Part shown: positions 27,329 through 32,000 of the stretch, in pieces
Layout: the number at the start of each line of letters is the position of its first letter
Position numbering within the stretch: the stretch's first letter is position 1
DNA from: Candidatus Heritagella intestinalis
GTDB taxonomy: Bacteria; Bacillota; Clostridia; Oscillospirales; Acutalibacteraceae
Direction: 5' to 3'
DNA: 32,000 nt
Assembly (NCBI GenBank): GCA_904418995.1
Contig: CAJFQF010000001.1
Span: 49,986-81,985, forward strand
The notes under the pieces: generated by a model
Told to the model about the DNA's origin: nothing
Databases searched by the model: none
Seen by the model: only the letters and a program-made list of their open reading frames with translations
Position numbers and translations under genes: made by a program

Positions 27329-28107
27329 AAGGCGCCCCGCAGCCGGGCCAGCGCCGATTTTTTGTCAGGGGCCCGCATGAGGGTTTCCCCGATGAGCACC
27401 CCGTCCGCTCCCATATCCCGGAGAGCGGCAATGTCTTCCGGCGTCTTTACGCCGCTTTCCGAGATAAAGAGCACGTTTGGGGGAATCATCCCACGGAGGC
27501 GGCGGCTGTTTTCCGGGTCTACGGAGAAATCCTTGAGATTCCGGTTGTTGACGCCTACCATCCGGGCCCCGGCCTTCAGGGCGGCGTTCCCCTCTTCTTC
27601 GTCATGGATTTCCACCAGAGCGGAAAGACCCAGTTCATCGCAGATTTGCATAAATTCCCGCAGAATCTCTTCCGGCAGCAGGGAGCAGATGAGGAGTACC
27701 GCACTGGCCCCTAAGAGCTTTGCCTCATAGAGCATGTATTCGTCTACGGTGAAGTCCTTCCGCAGGCAGGGCAGGGAGACGGCCCGGGCGATTTCTTCCA
27801 GATACGCATCGCTGCCCAAAAACCACTTGGGCTCGGTGAGCACCGAGAGGCAGTCCGCCCCGGCGGCCTCATATTCCCGGGCAATTTCCACATAGGGGAA
27901 ATCCGGCGCAATGAGCCCCTTGGAAGGAGAGGCTTTTTTGCATTCGCAGATAAAGGACATTCCCGGCTTTGCCAGGGCCTTTTCAAAGGCAAACTCCCCT
28001 TTGGGCTGCGCCAGGGCCTGCCGCCGGATTTTCGAAAGGGGGAGGGCTTCCTTGGCCCGCTGTACCCGCTCCCTGGCATAGCCGGCCAGTTGGTCTAAAA
28101 TTGTCAT
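27325..28107 (-). CDS. trpC: Indole-3-glycerol phosphate synthase
   Basis: FICECKKASPSKGLI, LSVLTEPKWF, GVNNRNLKDF. Confidence 0.9.
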   Translation of the reverse strand: MTILDQLAGYARERVQRAKEALPLSKIRRQALAQPKGEFAFEKALAKPGMSFICECKKASPSKGLIAPDFPYVEIAREYEAAGADCLSVLTEPKWFLGSDAYLEEIARAVSLPCLRKDFTVDEYMLYEAKLLGASAVLLICSLLPEEILREFMQICDELGLSALVEIHDEEEGNAALKAGARMVGVNNRNLKDFSVDPENSRRLRGMIPPNVLFISESGVKTPEDIAALRDMGADGVLIGETLMRAPDKKSALARLRGAL

Positions 28108-28111
28108 TTAC

Positions 28112-29137
28112 TTATTCCTCCCCTGTATTGCTTTGGGCGATGAGCTGCCGCAGCGTTTCCATGGCTTTTCCGGAGTCGATGAGCGCCCCGGCCAGAGCCA
28201 CGCCCTCCTTCATAGTGGGGGCCTTTTGGGCGATATACAGAGCCGCTCCGGCGTTGAGAAGCACGGCGTTACGGCGGTGGCCCTTTTCTCCCTGCAAAAC
28301 GCCGATGGTCAGGGCCGCGTTTTCCTGGGGGGTGCCGCCCCGCAGGTCGTCCCGGGTGCAGCGGGCAAAGCCGAATTCCTCCGGGGTAATGGTGTAGGCC
28401 TTAAACCAGCCGTTTTGGAATTCACAGACAGTCGTGGGGGCGCTGAGGGAGATTTCATCCAGCTTATCCTGGCCGTAGACCACCATGCCCCGGCGAACCC
28501 CCAGATTGATGAGCACCTGGGCCAAAGGCTGCACCAGATATTCGTCGTAGACCCCCAGCAGCTGCATGGTGGGCTTGGCGGGATTGGTCAGGGGCCCGAG
28601 GATGTTGAACACAGTCCGGAAACCCAGCTCTTTGCGGATGGCCCCCACGTATTTCATGGAGGTGTGGTACTTCTGGGCGAAGAAGAAACACATGCCCACG
28701 TTTTCCAGCAGCTTGCGGCACAGGGTCGGGTCCTGCTGGATGTTGACCCCCAGGGCCTCCAAGCAGTCCGCAGTGCCGCACTGGGAAGAGGCGGCCCGAT
28801 TGCCGTGCTTGGCCACCTTGACGCCCCCTGCCGCCGCTACCAAAGCGGCTGTGGTGGAGATGTTGAAGCTGTGCGCGCCGTCTCCGCCGGTTCCCACAAC
28901 TTCCAGCACATCCAGGCCCGTATCCACCTGGATGGCGTGGGCCCGCATAGCGGCGGCGCAGCCGGCAATTTCGTCGGTGGTTTCGGCCCGGGCGCTCTTA
29001 GTGGAGAGGGCGGCCAAAAACGCGGCATTCTGGGTAGGGGAGGTTTCCCCGCTCATGATTTCGTTCATCACCGCATAGGCCTCGTCGTAGGTCAAATCCT
29101 GCTTGTTGACAATCTTTACAATGGCTTCTTTAATCAT
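28112..29137 (-). CDS. trpD: Anthranilate phosphoribosyltransferase
   Basis: [21 protein letters not shown] and KHGNRAASS motifs. AAGGAGGA lies 7 nt upstream. Confidence 0.92.
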   Translation of the reverse strand: MIKEAIVKIVNKQDLTYDEAYAVMNEIMSGETSPTQNAAFLAALSTKSARAETTDEIAGCAAAMRAHAIQVDTGLDVLEVVGTGGDGAHSFNISTTAALVAAAGGVKVAKHGNRAASSQCGTADCLEALGVNIQQDPTLCRKLLENVGMCFFFAQKYHTSMKYVGAIRKELGFRTVFNILGPLTNPAKPTMQLLGVYDEYLVQPLAQVLINLGVRRGMVVYGQDKLDEISLSAPTTVCEFQNGWFKAYTITPEEFGFARCTRDDLRGGTPQENAALTIGVLQGEKGHRRNAVLLNAGAALYIAQKAPTMKEGVALAGALIDSGKAMETLRQLIAQSNTGEE

Positions 29138-29150
29138 GGTGGGTTCCTCC

Positions 29151-29720
29151 TTACTGTAAATGGATGAAATTCCGGAGCATGGCCTTGCCGTCCGGGGTCA
29201 TAATGGATTCCGGGTGGAACTGCACCCCGTAAATGGGGTACTCCCGGTGCTGTACTGCCATCACCTCGCCGTCGTCGGCAACGGCGGTGACCAGAAGCTC
29301 TGGGGGCAGCGTCTCCTTGTCTACGGCCAGGGAGTGATACCGGGCCACCGGGGCAGTTTCTGGGCAGCCCTGAAACAGGGGACAGTCTTTCGAAAAATGC
29401 ACCTGGGACTGTTTCCCGTGCATGAGCTTTTTCGCATAGGTGACCGTTGCGCCAAAGGCCTGGCAGATGGCCTGATGGCCCAGGCAGACTCCCAAAAGGG
29501 GAATCTCCTTCCCCAGCTGTTTTGCGGCTTCTACAATACAGCCGGCGTCTTCCGGGCGGCCGGGGCCCGGAGAGAGGATGATTCTGCTGGGTGCCAGGGC
29601 CCGCATCTCCTCTACCGTCATTTCGTCATTGCGGATGACCCGGATGTCCGGCTGGATTTCCCCGATGAGCTGGTACAGGTTGTAGGAAAAGCTGTCATAG
29701 TTGTCGATGAGCAAAATCAT
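29151..29720 (-). CDS. trpG: Anthranilate synthase component II (glutamine amidotransferase)
   Basis: [17 protein letters not shown], the GVCLGHQ nucleophile and FHPES. ATGA overlap with the trpE stop. The tracked 455-aa ORF is an out-of-frame extension across trpE. Confidence 0.92.
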   Translation of the reverse strand: MILLIDNYDSFSYNLYQLIGEIQPDIRVIRNDEMTVEEMRALAPSRIILSPGPGRPEDAGCIVEAAKQLGKEIPLLGVCLGHQAICQAFGATVTYAKKLMHGKQSQVHFSKDCPLFQGCPETAPVARYHSLAVDKETLPPELLVTAVADDGEVMAVQHREYPIYGVQFHPESIMTPDGKAMLRNFIHLQ

Positions 29721-31183
29721 AAGTCCGCCTCCTCTGCCCGCTTCAGGGCCGTGACCACAGCCTGGGCCTTGTTGATGCATTCCTGATATTCCGTTTCCGG
29801 GACAGAATCCGCCACAATGCCGGCGCCGCTGCGCACAAATACCCGGCCGTTTTTCTGGTAGGCAATGCGGATGGCAATGCAGGTGTCCATGTTCCCGGTA
29901 AAGTCGATATAGCCGATAGCGCCGCCGTAAATGCCCCGCTTGTTGTTTTCCAGTTCCCCAATCAGCTGGCAGGCCCGGATTTTCGGCGCGCCGGATAGGG
30001 TACCGGCAGGAAGCACTGCGCTGATGGCGTCCAGTGCGTCCAGGCCCTCCCGGAGCTCTCCCCGCACAGTGGAGCCGATGTGCATCACGTGGGAATAGCG
30101 CTCGATACAGTGGAACCTTTCCACGGAAACCGAGCCGAACTCGCTGACTTTCCCCAAGTCGTTGCGGCCCAAATCCACCAGCATATTGTGCTCGGCCAGC
30201 TCCTTTTCGTCGGCCAGAAGGGCCTCTTCCAGGGCTTTGTCCTCGGCCGGCGTTTTGCCCCGGGGCCGGGTGCCTGCCAGGGGGAAGGTGTGGAGCACGC
30301 CGTTTTCCAGCTTCACCAGGGTTTCCGGGGAGGCCCCGGCCACCTCTACATCGGTGCCGGACAGGTAGAACATATAGGGAGAGGGGTTCATGGTGCGCAG
30401 GATGCGATAGGTGTTGAACAGGCTGCCGGAGAAGGGGGCTTCCAGCCGGTTGGACAGGACAATCTGAAAAATGTCCCCTTCCCGGATGTGGTGCTTGGCC
30501 TTCTCCACCATGCTGCAAAAGGTGTCTTTGTCGAAAAGCGGGGTGATTTCCCCGGTGAGATGGCCGCCGGGCTCCTGCTTTTTCTCCCCAGTGCGCAGCA
30601 GGCGACAGAGCTGTTCCAGCTCCAAAACGGCTTTCCGATAACCGGTTTCCGGGTCTTCCAGGGGCATATTCACCATGAGGATCATCTGCTGGCGGAAGTG
30701 GTCGAAAGCAATGACCTTGTCAAAGAGCATCAAGTCCAGGTCTTGGAAGGCCTCGCTGTCCGGTACGGCATTGCGCACAGAGGGCTCGCTGTAGCCCAGG
30801 TAATCATAGGAGAAGTATCCCACCAGCCCGCCGGTAAAGGAGGGCAGCCCTTCCAGCCGGGGGCTTTTGTAGTCGGCCAGAACCTGCCGGATAGCATCGG
30901 CGGGGGTTTCTGTGTGGAATTTCACATTGCCCACCTTCATTTCGCCGCCCCGGCAGGTGATTTCCAGTTTAGGGTCAAAACCCAAGAAGGTGTAGCGGCC
31001 CCAGGTTTCCTTTTCCGCCACAGATTCCAGCAGGAAGCAGTGGTTGGAAACGTTTTTTAAAATCCGCATGGCCTCAATGGGGGTGCAGAAGTCGGATAAA
31101 ATCTTGCAGCTTACCGGCAGGACCTTGTAGTCCTGGGTGGAAGCGATGGCCTTTACTTCCTGCAAACTGGGAGAAATTTTCAT
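29717..31183 (-). CDS. trpE: Anthranilate synthase component I
   Basis: MKISPSLQEVKAI..., LLESV, and the chorismate-binding C-terminus GGAIGYIDFTGNMDTCIAIR. Start trimmed to ATG 31183, with AGGAGG 7 nt upstream. Confidence 0.92.
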   Translation of the reverse strand: MKISPSLQEVKAIASTQDYKVLPVSCKILSDFCTPIEAMRILKNVSNHCFLLESVAEKETWGRYTFLGFDPKLEITCRGGEMKVGNVKFHTETPADAIRQVLADYKSPRLEGLPSFTGGLVGYFSYDYLGYSEPSVRNAVPDSEAFQDLDLMLFDKVIAFDHFRQQMILMVNMPLEDPETGYRKAVLELEQLCRLLRTGEKKQEPGGHLTGEITPLFDKDTFCSMVEKAKHHIREGDIFQIVLSNRLEAPFSGSLFNTYRILRTMNPSPYMFYLSGTDVEVAGASPETLVKLENGVLHTFPLAGTRPRGKTPAEDKALEEALLADEKELAEHNMLVDLGRNDLGKVSEFGSVSVERFHCIERYSHVMHIGSTVRGELREGLDALDAISAVLPAGTLSGAPKIRACQLIGELENNKRGIYGGAIGYIDFTGNMDTCIAIRIAYQKNGRVFVRSGAGIVADSVPETEYQECINKAQAVVTALKRAEEADL

Positions 31184-31239
31184 AGCGGTACCTCCTGGAA
31201 AAAGAAAAGCTCCTCTGACGTTCTGCCAAAGGAGCAAAC

Positions 31240-31530
31240 AAAAACGTCCTTGACAGAACCTTCTTCTGTCAAGGACGAATAAATTCAAATTTATCCGCGG
31301 TGCCACCTTGCATTCACGGGAACCCCCGTGCCCTTTAGCGGGATACCAACATATCCCCGGCAACTGACGTATGCCCACACGTTGCAGAATACTCTGGAAA
31401 GCAGGCTTTCCATTTGACTGCACCCTCAGCGGTCCATTTGACAACTTGTTTCTTACCCGATTCTCAGCAGCGCGGGCTCTCTGTAAAGGCATCATTGCCG
31501 TTATCTCCGCCTCAACGGTTTATCTGGGTA
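31240..31530 (-). promoter_or_regulatory. T-box riboswitch leader (tRNA-Trp specifier) controlling trpEGDCFBA
   Basis: On the minus strand: AGAGA bulge, distal-loop-like GCUGAGA, and a UGG codon followed by A (plus 31436-31434). The conserved T-box is AAGGUGGCACCGCGG (plus 31295-31309). The terminator is CGUCCUUGACAGAA-GAAGG-UUCUGUCAAGGACG + UUUUU (plus 31240-31277). Confidence 0.88.
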
Positions 31531-31531
31531 A

Positions 31532-31560
31532 AGTATAGCGCGGTCTTTTGGATTTGTCAA
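31532..31560 (-). promoter_or_regulatory. Sigma-70-like promoter of the trp operon
   Basis: Minus strand reads TTGACA - 17 nt - TATACT (plus 31555-31560 and 31532-31537). Confidence 0.65.
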
Positions 31561-31665
31561 TCATAAATTTCTCAAAAAGCCAGAGAAGCCCATGGGGAGA
31601 GCAAAAGCCATGCGCCGAAAAGATGCAGAATATAGCGGTTCCAGCTGGAAAAGGGCTGCGAACGC

Positions 31666-32000
31666 TTACTGGTTTCGCTCATGTGGGGCCCTTCTTTTGA
31701 CTTTGAGGAAAGCCCGGCCCTGCTCTAAATACAGCGCTTGCTCCTCATCGGTGAGGGCGTGGAAAATGCGCAGCAGTTCCCGGTCCCGGGGGCCGGCGGT
31801 TTCTTCCCGATGGTCTAACAGGTAATCAGCGGAAACATGGAAGTAATCTGCGATCCGCAGTAAGATAGAAAAATCCGGTTCCCGCACCCCCTGCACATAG
31901 CTTCCCACAGTGGAGGCGGCGATGTGCAGGTCAGCGGCCAGCTTTTTCTGAGTGATCTCGTTTTCGTCCAGCAGTTGGCGCAATCGTTGGTGAAAAGGCA
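31666..32000 (-). CDS. XRE-family helix-turn-helix transcriptional regulator (5' end just beyond the window)
   Basis: ...PFHQRLRQLLDENEITQKKLAADLHIAASTVGSYVQGVREPDFSILLRIADYFHVSADYLL is a typical Cro/C1 HTH. The reading frame stays open to position 32000, and the tracked start is a TTG inside it. Confidence 0.8.
   Translation of the reverse strand, partial: PFHQRLRQLLDENEITQKKLAADLHIAASTVGSYVQGVREPDFSILLRIADYFHVSADYLLDHREETAGPRDRELLRIFHALTDEEQALYLEQGRAFLKVKRRAPHERNQ

Noticed and set aside
29721-30518. N-terminal 266 aa of the tracked 455-aa ORF containing trpG
   Set aside because: It is out of frame with, and fully inside, trpE, and it is Pro/Arg/Gly-rich junk. trpG starts at 29720 with an ATGA overlap.
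31184-31495. 104-codon N-terminal extension of the tracked trpE ORF
   Set aside because: It reads through the T-box leader and its terminator. The real start, ATG 31183, has AGGAGG upstream.

Overview
High-GC (about 60%) Firmicutes/Clostridia-like chromosomal window; the taxonomic guess (gut Oscillospiraceae/Ruminococcaceae-type anaerobe) rests only on gene content and style. It is mostly housekeeping and carbohydrate metabolism, tightly packed with overlapping start/stop codons. No rRNA, tRNA, CRISPR array, transposase, integrase or recognisable defence system was seen. Left to right: (1) a partial unknown gene; (2) minus-strand iorAB (indolepyruvate:ferredoxin oxidoreductase); (3) a minus-strand [FeFe]-hydrogenase maturation cluster: TM1266-like regulator, hydE, a 294-bp hairpin-rich spacer, hydF and a small membrane ORF, with no hydG in the window; (4) a plus-strand Nudix / stand-alone hexapeptide-repeat protein / type-2 galT operon; (5) a monocistronic 886-aa secreted protein made of about five tandem 112-121 aa modules; (6) a 2-hydroxyacid dehydrogenase divergent from a GH20 hexosaminidase / PHP / C39-like lipoprotein / gluQ string; (7) an orphan 122-aa gene; (8) an AT-richer roughly 900-bp non-coding island holding an unlisted 32-codon hydrophobic ORF; (9) metG; (10) a Cys-type sulfatase plus a small alkaline-phosphatase-superfamily enzyme; (11) a complete minus-strand trpEGDCFBA operon behind a Trp T-box; (12) a partial XRE regulator. 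The items most worth follow-up are the candidate type I toxin-antitoxin-like module at about 19.7-20.05 kb, the promoter / terminator-like hairpin leader upstream of the hydrogenase maturation operon, the palindrome-bounded spacer where hydG usually sits, and the modular secreted protein. I could not identify a clear multi-gene novel system, and none of these candidates is more than a hypothesis from sequence reading.
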